64,000 nucleotides of DNA, taken from positions 34,410,001 to 34,474,000 of the forward strand of contig NC_088797.1 of assembly GCF_011386835.1 (NCBI RefSeq). Direction: 5' to 3'. Origin of the DNA: Chrysemys picta bellii (lineage: Eukaryota). The number at the start of each line of letters is the position of its first letter. The first letter of the stretch is position 1. Shown here piece after piece: positions 47,726-58,752 of this stretch. The position numbers and the translations under genes are program-made. The notes beneath the pieces were generated by a model. It saw only the letters and a program-made list of their open reading frames with translations. It was not told where the DNA came from and ran no database searches.

Positions 47726-49619
47726 CTGCGGTGGGCTATAATAGATCATCTGGGGGTGGGGTTTGCACAGCAGTGGCATATTGTCCCAGAAGGGTATGGG
47801 GTGCATGGCCCCCCCCCTCTGCTTCAGTGACCCTAACAACAGATGGTAAGTAAATGTCCTTTGTCTGTTAACCATGTGGACGGGCCCAGTACGGGGATGC
47901 TGGAACAATTTATGCAGGGTGGGTGCTGAGAGCCATTGAACCAAACTGTAAATCCCGTATATAATGGAAACCACTTCAAGTCAGGGGGTGCTGCATCACC
48001 CCCTGCACCCCCAGTTCCAGCACCTATGGCCCAGTACCAGCAGAGCAGGTGTCACACCTTTTCAGATGTTGCTTTGAATCTTGAGTTCAACTCAGGGGCC
48101 ACCCTTGATTCCAGTGCTCCAGTCACAGCCACTGCCGTGAGGAGCCTGCTTACATGGGTCTCTTGAGAGAGCCGCCATCTTGCCAAGGGAGAGTCTGACC
48201 TCTACCAACAGCGCATTACACCAAACCCAGCACTAAGCCCCTAGGCTTGGACCCTCCCCACATTGCCCACATCCTCAAATTTCCTCTGGGCTGCAGTGCT
48301 AAGGGGACTCTGGCCAGCTGCCTGCAGGGACCTCTGCACAGGGACAGTCATGAACTGTGGGGGGATTGTGGCTGCAGAAGTCTGGCCCAGCACTTTAGGA
48401 ATATGCCGGTGTTGGCTCCTCACCCCTAAACCCGCCAAAAAAACCCTCATTGGATGCCTCAGAGAGCCAGTTAAGGCTTTGAGGGAAGGAATGGGCTGGC
48501 CCCATATGAGCCACCTATTGTTGGTAGGTCCCCCATTGGCTCACAGTGTCGTCCTCCCTCAACCACTGCGCCTCTAATATCTGCACCTCCCAATGGTGAC
48601 CTCTTTGCTGTCTTTCTGGTGTCATCCCATTGTTTTCTTGAGCTCTCACCATCTGCCTCCTGGCTATAGCTCTTTCCTTGTTCTTATATGTGGAACGACT
48701 TGAGGCACAAGGACAATTTTTTCCTCATGGCAAAATTTTCTGTGGGAATTTTTGAGGTTTCACCCTCACCCCTAATTTTTCTTCTTTTGGCTCAAAGGTT
48801 TTGGATTTAAAAATGAAACATTCTCAACATACTTTCTGCCAAAACCCAAATGAGCCAAACCCCAGTTTTCCGTCGTAACCAAGCTGCGATAGGAAATGTT
48901 GCCCTGGTTTGTGTAGTGCCCCCCGAAGCTTGTAGGAAGTTTTGTACGAAGATACAAAGATCCCTAGGAATCTGCAGGTATTTTTGTCACACACACGTTT
49001 GGCCTAAAGAAAATGAAGGCACAAGATGGAAACAAGATTGTCTTCTAAACTAAACAATGAAAAGGGGAGCAAAATTAGAGGGGTGAAAGGAGGAGGATTG
49101 GGACAATGTATGAGGCCTTGGAGGCAAAAGAAGAGTGGATGGTCCTTAGAAGAGTGGATGGAGTGAAACAGACCCTGCCACAATACAAATAGCAATGCTA
49201 ACTCCAAGCACCTCTGTCTCTCTCCCTCCCCAGCCTCCTATCACAAGGGCCGGTGGGCTGCCATGAAGGGCCAATTTCCCTTCCCCTGGGTGTGGAGTCT
49301 GTCCCTTGCCCCTGGCTGCTCTCAGCCCTGCTCCACCCTCTTTGGGGATATTAATGGCAAGGAGGCTCCTTGGACCTGGGGTGGCTGCAGGAGAACACCT
49401 GAGCTGCAAGCCAGAACCCACAGGGCAGGCCTGGCACTTTCCAATCCAGTTAAAGAAACAAGCTGGCCACACACAGGAGCCTGGTGTGCAGGGGGCCTGG
49501 CTCCTATCAGCAGTAGCAGGAGGGCTCTCTGCCAATTGAAGTCACCAAGACACAGGATTTGGGGACTTCATCAGCAGAGTCAAGGGAAGGGTAGGGACGG
49601 TTTTGTGGCCTGCAGCATG

Positions 49620-49680
49620 CAGGGGGTCAGACCAGATGATCATAATGGTCCCTTCTGACCTTGAAGTCTATGAGTCTATG
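49620..49680 (+). mobile_element. CR1 3' terminus with terminal 8-mer repeats
   Basis: 'gggtcagaccagatgatcataatggtcccttctgaccttgaagtctatgagtctatga' ends in a duplicated GTCTATGA, typical of CR1 tails. Confidence 0.7.
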
Positions 49681-52255
49681 AGCAGTGCCTTAGATTGGAG
49701 GTGAAGGCCCCTGCTCGGTGAGAGCAGCGAGCAAGGCCGTACTGAGCTTGGGAGTGGAGTTGGCGGAAGTGACACCACTCTCACTCCTGATTAAGTGCGT
49801 GAAAGAGGAATTGGCTTCCCCATTGAACCCACCCGTGCTGGGGGACTGGATCTTGAGGTCTCCAGGGCTTTCCCACACCTTTGGGATGAGGGGATTGGGG
49901 ATCCTGGTCTCCATGGCTCCCCACTCCGTGCCAATCCTTGCAGCAATCACCCTCTCCTAGGGCCAAGGGGAGTTGTAGATTCAAGTGCATGGAGTAGCTG
50001 AGAGGCTCCCAGAACCACAGAGGCCACCTGGCTGTACCTGGGGGTTACTGGGGGCCCACTGTGGTCTGCGCAGCTCCTGACCACAGGTATACCTGCAATG
50101 TACTAGGGGACAGGGTTTGTCTGGAAGGCGTCATGCAGAATAGCCTGCTGCTCCCTCCTGGTGCTCATGCTGTGCCCATTTCCACCATAATGAGGCCCCA
50201 GTGGGATGGGTCTGGAAGTGCTCAGGACTGAGGCGCAGTTGAGCGCCAGGTCTCTGTAGAGACAGGACTGCTCAGACAGTCCTGGGCATGCAGGAGATGG
50301 GGCAGCAGCCTACTGGGTTGTAGCTTTTAAGACTCTTAGAGGGAAGGAATCCAGCTGGGAGAGGAGGGTTTGTGTCAGCGCCAAGTCTGCAGGAGGCGTC
50401 GCTCTGCCTTTACCCCTAATTACTGAGCCAAACACGCCCTGTCTCTGGGTAGAAAGCTCTGGGCTCTGGGTAGAAAGACACACATTCTCCCCCACCCCCT
50501 GGAGTTTCCTCGCTCAGGTCAGACACGCCCTGGGTTGTGGGCTCTTGTCTCAGCAGCTGGTGCTTCCCAAGCACCAGGGAGGACATGGGAATCCCTCCCC
50601 AGCGAGAGCCAACCCCAGCCAGGCTGTGCTTGCGCTTTCAGGGCCCACCCTGTCTATAGCCCGAGCTCTTTGTTTTACCAACAATCTCTATGGTTAAGAA
50701 GCACCTTTTCCAGGGAGTTATGACCCAACAGAGCTGCCTGTTGTGAATCCGTCCCTGCCCCACCCTCTCTCTCTGTTTGCCCCGGCCTGCTGGCATCAGA
50801 CCACAGGGTGCGATTGCCTGTGAAATGCCCTTGTTCTTTCCAGAGAAAGGAAGTGCTGCCAGCCTGCCAGGAGGAGGGAAGCGTCATTTTCGGTAGTCTC
50901 TCTCCGGTTTGTTGCCAAGGTGTGAAAGCTTCCAATTAAACCAAGTGGCCTTGGCAGGGAGCTCCCTGGCAGACAGAGCCCTCTGGAGAGACAGGGAGAG
51001 ATGAGACACTCTTTGTGTCAGGGGCTGTCCTTTTGCTCTGTGTTTGTACAGCACCTAGCACTATGGGCTCCTGATCTGACTGGGGCACTACTGTTAATAC
51101 ATATAACAACAGAGGGCCCCTGGGGAAGCCCTTGGGAAGCAGGTTCTATGGGACAGTGCATGAGCCAGCCCTGGAGGTGCAAGAGGCATCACTGCAGTGG
51201 GTGCGGCCTGTAGCCCAGGCCTGCATGCCGCCATCTGAGCCAGACTTCCAGGGTCTGTCTCAAGTGGCTCAAATGCCTCCCCATGTCACAGGACAAACAA
51301 TGCAGGCGCAGCAGCTCACAGCAGCATCAGACATGAGAGGGGCCAGGAGCAGGCGTCTCTGTGACAGCTCTGGTAACGCCTGCTGGAGAGGGGGAATGTT
51401 CTGTAGGTTTCTCTTGACTAGGAGAAAAGGCGTGTTGTTAGCGGACATGTCCTGCAGCTTAAGTGCAGCAGATAAGGCCACATGCTAGTTGGCTGAGTTG
51501 AAGCCAAGGAGGTTGGGTCTCCCTCCCCCTCTATGGTGTGGATTCCCCCCCCCCGCCTTGTTGGGATGGCGCAGGCAGGGCTGTCTGGTTTTTCATAGAG
51601 AGGGGTGAGGAAGGGCCCAGCTCACGCAGGGCTCTGCAGTGTTCCAGCCCCTGAGAGGGGAGGTGCAGGCCCAGCTGTTTTTCCCTATTGCACCATCCTG
51701 CACTGCTAGGGAGAAGCTTTATCTCCCTAATCCTGCCCTGGGTTGCTCAACACGCACAAGGGTTGCACGTTGCTCCCCTCCACCCCCGCCAAGTCCCAGC
51801 CCCTTTCATTACATGCTGGGGGGTGCTCCTGCCAGCTCTGCTTGTGGCTCTGAACCTGGGGTGCCATCTGGGCTTGCATGCCTTACACCCCAAAGTTCTC
51901 CCTGACCTTCTCTGTGGATCGGGTGTCTTTGAGGCTGGGACAGGGGCTTGGGGAAGAGGTACTGCACCTGCTTTGGTTATCAGCCCTACCCATGACACTG
52001 TCCCAATTCCCTGCACCCCCACCCTGCATCATCTCAGATACAGTCCCCCACAGACCTAGTCCCCCAAGCAAGATGGCCATCTGGGTAACAAAAAAGTGGC
52101 ACTGGCGAACTCTGGGTAAGCGGAAATGAGGTGCTGGGTCTGGGCAGAGCCCAGAGGGATTCATGCTGGGGCCCCGGAGGAGGCCTGCTGGGGCCAAGCA
52201 AGACCTATTGGGATTCTGGGTAGCAGGGAATGAGGCACTGGGGCTGAGTGGGCCA

Positions 52256-52380
52256 TAGGGTGACCAGATAGCAAGTATGAAAAAATCAGGACAGAGTGTG
52301 GAGGGTAATAGGCACCTATATAAGAAAAATCCCCAAATATCGGGACTGTCTCTATAAAATCGGGACATCTGGTCATCCTA
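52256..52380. mobile_element. Short MITE with 14-bp terminal inverted repeats
   Basis: TAGGGTGACCAGAT...ATCTGGTCATCCTA (1 mismatch). No clear TSD. Confidence 0.65.
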
Positions 52381-52494
52381 CTCACCCAGTACATCTGGGT
52401 GTGTGGTTGACACTGATTGTCTCACACACACTGGGGATGGGGAGTTCAGCAACCATAAGACAGACCAAAGAAAACACATTTGGCCCCCAAAATC

Positions 52495-52495
52495 T

Positions 52496-52526
<31 letters not shown>

Positions 52527-52530
52527 TTAA
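52495..52530. repeat. (TTTA)n microsatellite
   Basis: About 7-8 tandem TTTA units. Confidence 0.9.
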
Positions 52531-54328
52531 ATTCTTATGATATTTTGGGGTCTCACTCCTGACTTTAGTTTTTTTGCGGTTGGCGATACTGAACAGGGAA
52601 GGTGGTGGGCTGGGTAGGATCCTGGGGGATTATGGGTAACTGGGAGTGGCAGTGGCGTGGTGAGGGCGGGCAGGACCCCAGGGGGTTCTGGGTAACAGGG
52701 AATGGGGCTGGACAGGACATCAGCAGATTTTGGTTAACAGGGAGTGTTTACTGAGGGCACTGGGCTTTTGGTGCTGAGTTTGCTTTGCCTTACACCTCCC
52801 CAGGCCTATCCCCAAGAGAATTCTGTGACTGGCAGGGATGCCCATTTCCTGGGTTTCAGCTGGAGAGGAGGGGTCTGTAAACCAGAGCGTGTGAGGCTTT
52901 GGCTACTGTACCCACCAGTCCTCTGCACTCTGAGAGCTCCCCCTGTCCGTGCTGGGACAGCAAGGGGGGACAGAGGCCTGTCCCAGTGTAGGACCCCTGT
53001 GCTGCTCCTCTGCCCCACATTAGCTTGTACTTGCTGCTTGGCTTGGGGAGCTTGTGCTTGGCTGGTTAGCCCTTTACCCCTCCGCTCATGAGTGCTCTGC
53101 AGGGACAGCTCTGTAGCTTCTGCAGGGGATGGAGGCATTTCTGGTGAGCCCAGATACCCAGATGGATGGGCTCCCAGGCTACACCAGCTCAGCACAGGCA
53201 GGATATAGCCCAGAGTCCCCACCCCAGTATAGTCCCTCCCCCATTCGGCTCACCGGGCGTCAGGAATCTCAGGCAGAGCCATGCGGGAGCAGTGCAGGTG
53301 TGCGTTGGTGCATTGGGTAACGAGGGCACTGGACAGGCTGTGGGAGGCAGCACCAAACATCAAGCAGCTCCTATGGGATTCTGGCTCCCTGGAAAGTTGG
53401 ACTGGGGGCTGTTCCCCCACACGCGGTGCAGGTATGACCTCCCTGCTCACCTTAATGACAGACTGGAATAAGTCTCTCCACCCACACAGAGGCCCCACCA
53501 AGTCTCATTCCACATGAGCTCACCCCACAGGTTCTTGATGGTGTTTATCAAGGATGCAGATGCAGCAGCAAAGAGACGCCAGGCACCTGCCAGAGGACAA
53601 GGCTTTGGGTGGTTGCAGCAAACTGTCAGCGCTGAGTCGTGCTAGGGTGTTAGTTGTAAGGGGAGAGCCAGATGGCTCCATAGATGGGTATAGAGAGCCC
53701 TGGTCTGGGTGCCATGGAGCCTTCTCTCAGTGCTTCAACAGCTGGAGGGGAACTTGGCTTCTGAGGGTGGGGGCTGTTTCCTCTTTCTGGCATAAAGCTG
53801 GAGTCTGCAGTAGGATCCCCCCACCCCCAGTGTGTCTTAGGGTGAGCTTGTCCTTGTCCTCTTGCTGCTGTTTTTTGTGGGGACAATTCATGGAGGCTCA
53901 GCTGTCTGTGAGCAGTCACCTGCCTGTGAAAGCCCAGTGTCAGCTGACCTGCCTGCTCCCCTGCTTTGTAGCTTGCAGATCAGATGGAGCGTTTTCCATG
54001 TCAACAGCTCAGTGGTAGTGGATGACTCATCTTGGGGTGTCCGGAGCTGCTTTTATTTAGACACAGCGATTACTGGCTCTGTAAAAAGGGATGTTCTGTG
54101 AGTGGGAGGTGCCCGGCCGGAAATCCAAGGGGCCTGAACCTGCAGTCAGTAATGCCAGCAAGGAGCGGTTCCTCTAAAGTCAGTGGAGTCACATCCACGT
54201 GAGCGAGGGGAGAATCGGACTAGCTGAGCCATGCCTGCGGCTAGAGACGCACAATGAATCCTCTTCCTCAGTCCCTAATGTTCAAAACTCATAAAACAGG
54301 CTCCCAAAACCATGAGATTAAATTTTGA

Positions 54329-54415
54329 TTTAGTTGGGGATTGGTCCTGCTTTGAGCAGGGGGTTGGACTAGATGACCTTCTGAGGTCCCTTCCAACCCT
54401 GTTATTCTAATTCTA
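54329..54415 (+). mobile_element. CR1 3' end inserted within an older DNA-transposon remnant
   Basis: Classic CR1 tail 'ggactagatgaccttctgaggtcccttccaaccctgttattctaattcta'. The flanking sequence shares 'catgttttcaagctt.tctctgca' with 14780-14805. Confidence 0.7.
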
Positions 54416-56419
54416 AATAATTGTGTTGGTTCTTTTCATTTGCTTCCTGGTTTCGGAGCATTTGAGTAGCGCCCAGATCATGTTTTCAAGCTTCTCTCTG
54501 CAGCGAGATGGGCTAGAGACCAATTTTAATAAAAATTCAGATTTGCCCAGAATCCCATGACTCTGAGAGTGGGGGCTTTGAGAAAATAGCTGGAGACTCA
54601 TGATAAAATCACAAGAGTTGGCAGCACCTTCTTCCCCGGGAGCTACTTGGCCTTTGAGTCACAGGTGGGAAATAACAGCTTCCTGCCAGTCTGGGGACAA
54701 TCTCGCCAACGAAAGGGGTGTGAGATAGAATGGTGGCATGGGGAAATGGCCCCTCTTCCCAGGGGGGAGGGGGGATTGACCTCTGTCACCATGAGCAGCT
54801 CAGGAGAGGTCTAATCATCCAGATGAGGTGTGTATCTAGCCTCCAAGCACATCACATTCTCTAATGTATTTATCCTCCCAGTCCTTTGGGACCATACTAT
54901 TGTCCCCTGTTGAGCCACAGAAAGACTAAGTACCCAAGGTCACCCAGAGGGTGTGGGATAGAGCAGGGAACTGAACGCAAGTCTCCTGAATCTGAGCTCG
55001 CACTCCTGGAGCATCCTTCCATTTCCAGTTCATTGCAGTGCAGAAGCCCTGTCACTGGGACCTTTACAACTGGACTGGACAGAACATTCCTGCGTTGACC
55101 TCCAAGGAACATAGCTACTAGGACATGGAGCAGGGTAGGCAGGTGGTGTCTGGCTGCCAGTGGAAGTATTAGAAGTGCAGATGGTTACAGAAAGGACAGC
55201 ACGGAGAGGGGAAATGACTTGCCCAGGGTCCCAGGGTGTATCAGTGGCGGAGCCGGAAATAGAATCGCTAGGCTTGATTCTCCTCTCACTGACTCTGGTG
55301 CAGGAGTCAGACAGGAGTAACTCCATTGGAATCTGTGGTCCCCCTGGTATGGGGGAAGAACCTTACCACAGGATCTCATGCCCCTGCTCCAATCACTAGA
55401 TACACCCCTTTTCCCCCTCCCCCCGCCATGCTGTCTGTGACTCACTGGAGGTGATGGATTCTCCTTCCTGACTCGCCAGCTCATTTAAAAGTAATTTTTC
55501 AATGAAAAGGCAGCAAACAGCTGTTGCATTGTCAGAGTTGGTGACATGCTCCCAGGGGTGTCACGAGGTGTTTCCTCTGCTGGGAAAAGGGGGCAGCTGG
55601 CTGTGCCTAAACGGGGGAGAGGCTGGGTGCCTCTGGGACAGACGGGGGAAGGTAATTGGGCCTCCACTGGGGTGGGATGGGTGCCCTTGGGTCTGGGAGA
55701 AGTAGGCTGTGCCAACACTAGGGAATGGGGCAGCAGTGGGTGCTGGTACTTTGTCTGTCTTTTAAATGCTGCATGGAAGCCTGGTCTCTGAACACCTCTC
55801 TGTCTCTGTGCTGAGAAGAGGGTTGAGTCTTGCCTCTGGGGTGGTGTGGAGATGTCCAGCCCCCTTGCTGGGGCATGGCTGCAGCCCTGCGGCCTGCTCT
55901 GAAGCCCCAACAATGGGTAATTTTGCAGCCATTGCCTGGGGTAAGTGGGTGGCTCTGCCAGCTCAGGCATCCACTCACACGGACACATCACTGCTGCTGT
56001 TTGAATTCTTCATGCCCTGTTGCTGCAGCAGAGAAAGCCTATAGGAAGGATGTAAGGGAAGGGACACAGCTGCCTTGGGTTTCCATGGGAACCAGCAGCT
56101 TTACTCACATTTCTCCTGGGGTTTTCCTAATCTTTAAATCCCTTGCTGCCATGCCAACCAAGGGTGGGTTCTCTGCAGCCTCTGGACCTGCATCTGATGG
56201 GGGGATTGACTTGGGGCTCCAACATTCTGGCCCGAGCGATCCATTCAGGAGTCGAGCCCACCCCATTATGACTGGGGTAGGGGCATCTTCCCAGGGGGAC
56301 AGTGACGGGGCATGAAGGGATAAAAACCCTGTTGGGATGATGGAGGGTTCTGATAAGAGGGATTTGGCACCAGCACCTCAGCATCTGAGAGGTGAGGGGA
56401 AGGGTGCTTGCTGAGGGGA

Positions 56420-56650
56420 AGGGTGGATGGTGTAATGATAAGGCACTAGCCTGGGACTTGGAAGGCCTGGGCTCAATTCCCAGTTCCACCACAAATTCCA
56501 TGGGTGACCTTGGGCAAGTCACTTAACCTCTCTGTGCCTCAGTTTGCCCCAGCTGTATTGCCCTGCCAGTCACAGGGGGTTGTGAAGACAAATATGTTAA
56601 ATGATTACAAGGTGCTCAGATACTACAGTGACAGGGTTGCATAAATACAT
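56420..56650 (+). mobile_element. MIR/CORE-type SINE
   Basis: 'ggtgaccttgggcaagtcacttaacctctctgtgcctcagtttgccc' is the MIR core. Antisense MIR-like pieces also occur at about 54920-54990 and 55200-55270. Confidence 0.8.
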
Positions 56651-58282
56651 ACAAAAAGCTGTGGTGTCTAGTGGTCTGAGCATGGGATTGGGAGCCAAGA
56701 GCCTTTAACCCCAGTTCTGCCCCCTTGTGTGCTCTTCAGCTGATCAGCTCTCTCCGTCTTAGTTCCTCTGCCCTTCCGGGGGTGGGGGGTGTACTATGAG
56801 GATTAATGTATATGATGTTGGATTCTGATTAGTATTGCTGTTAGCTAGTTCAGCCTGAAGTAGATATTAGATGTATAGAAGATTGTTTCACCCAGTGCTG
56901 AGATGCAGCCACCTCTGGAGGGGGGCGTGGCAGCTGTTATAAAGGGATCCCTCGCCTGGTGCAGAAATGCAGCTCTTCTGGGGTGAGATGTGGTGGCTGT
57001 ACATACGTGGATCCCTTGCTGTTCACTGGAATGCAGCTGTTCCGAGGTTGGGATGTGGCAGCTGTTTAACAATGCACAACAATACTGCACAACGGTTTAG
57101 GACAGGAAGCAGAGAAAGATCCTGTATTCAGTGAAAGTTGCAAGGGGAATTGAAGGGCTCAGGAAGCAATGACGAAGGCTTCCGAGTTCATTGCTGCTGG
57201 TGCGCTTATGTCTTTTAACGCCTGTGAGATGCAGAGATTCTGGGCTGTATGTTTGGGTTTATGTAACAGGGAGGCTGCCTTGGGCGGTCTGCAGACTAGA
57301 GCCTGACTTCTGACTCCAAAGCCAGCAATGATTCTCCAGGGCTTTTTGGCAATGCTGAGCTTTCCTGACTAACTTCAGCTCCTCTCTCCCTCCCATGGAG
57401 GAGGCTTCCCCCGTGCCAGGAACTGAAACCTGGCACCGTGCTTGGCGTGTAGCTCAGGAAAGGCCATGGCTGAACACCAGCTCGGAATCTGAAAAATCTC
57501 ACTGTGTAGTTTTACTGCAGATTCTGTGCTGGGGCCATTAGTCTGTCTCCCTCCCTGTGTCTATCTCTCTGTCTCACCTATTCCCAGTCACTGCCTGCTG
57601 CCGTTTGCAAGGTGCTTGCCCTGCATCTTGGGCAGTCCCCCTTAGTTTTGCTGGTTGAAGCTGCTGCCCCTGGCTGGAGTGCTGCACAAATGCTACTGGC
57701 TGGGAGATTGAAGGATCAGATCCAAATGCATATGGGCACATGCTCTGCTCCCCTCCTGGGAAGAAGTGGAGGATGTGCCTACAGAAAGCTGAAGCCCTAA
57801 GTTCTGCCTCCATTGCCCCCCTTTCATACCACAGGGGCCCCCTTATCATCTTCTCTCGCTGCTTCCCGACCAGCTGCTGAGCCTCTTCCACGTGGTCCCA
57901 GGAAGCTGTGGGGTGCTGCTGCTGCCTTGCCACAGGCCATCCTGCCAACTGCACAGAAACAATGAATGTGCCGTTTCCCTTTTGTGCTTTTGTTGTACAT
58001 AGTGGGTGAGGGGAGACCATCCGTGACGTGAAAAACTGACCAACAGAGGGATTTCCGGCCCTTTATGCTTTCTGTGAGCGCAGCCACATCTGGAGTACAT
58101 ACAGCTGTTGCCAGAGCAACAAAACCTCTCCAACATTCCAGTGTCCCTGTCCTGATCTGCCCGTAGCTCACCCAGTGGCAGCTCTGTAGTGGGCTGCTCT
58201 GACTGCCCCAGAACAAAAGCATCATTGTTTCAGTGAGGACAGCCTCACAAGTGCTCTTCTCTTACAGCTGGGACTTGTCACA

Positions 58283-58456
58283 GTGAGCTTCCCCACAGCC
58301 GTGCCTTGTCTGCCAGCCCTGACCCCAGTGCTGTGAGCTTCCCCACAGCCGTGCCTTGTCTGCCAGCCCTGACCCCAGTGCTGTGAGCTTCCCCACAGCC
58401 GTGCCTTGTCTGCCAGCCCTGACCCCAGTGCTGTGAGCTTTCCCACAGCAGTGCCC
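58283..58456. repeat. 50-bp tandem repeat: 3 identical copies plus a partial fourth
   Basis: GTGAGCTTCCCCACAGCCGTGCCTTGTCTGCCAGCCCTGACCCCAGTGCT starts at 58283, 58333 and 58383. A diverged partial copy starts at 58433. Confidence 0.95.
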
Positions 58457-58662
58457 GTCAGTTACAGCAGGGACTCTGGCAATCTGAACTCCCTCCCTGC
58501 AGCATAATGGGAGCTAGGGCTCTGGCAAATAGGATGGGGTTGCATTTCTTTTGGATGCTGTTTTGGGTTCCCTGACATGTCTGTCTCTGGTTTGTCAATA
58601 ACAGGGTGCCCTGTTTAACCTACTGGGAATGCAGGCGCCATCCCTGCCACTGCAGGGCCCAA

Positions 58663-58752
58663 GAGAGACAAGGCGGGTGAAGTTATCTTTTATTGGACCA
58701 ACTTCTGTTAGTGAGATGAGCTTTTGAGCTCACACAGAGCTCTTCTTCAGGC
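58663..58752 (-). mobile_element. Penelope-like element terminal fragment (second family)
   Basis: 'gagagacaagg.gggtga.gt.atcttttattggaccaacttctgtt...gagcttttgagctcacacagagctcttcttcagg' resembles a common turtle PLE end (from memory). Confidence 0.6.

Noticed and set aside
48140-48190. AAGATGGCGGC (YY1/first-exon-like) motif on minus followed by a GTAAGC donor
   Set aside because: No surrounding CpG island or downstream exon chain. A single motif occurrence is not sufficient.
58283-58456. CRISPR-like array
   Set aside because: The units are contiguous identical repeats with no unique spacers, in a eukaryotic context with no cas genes.
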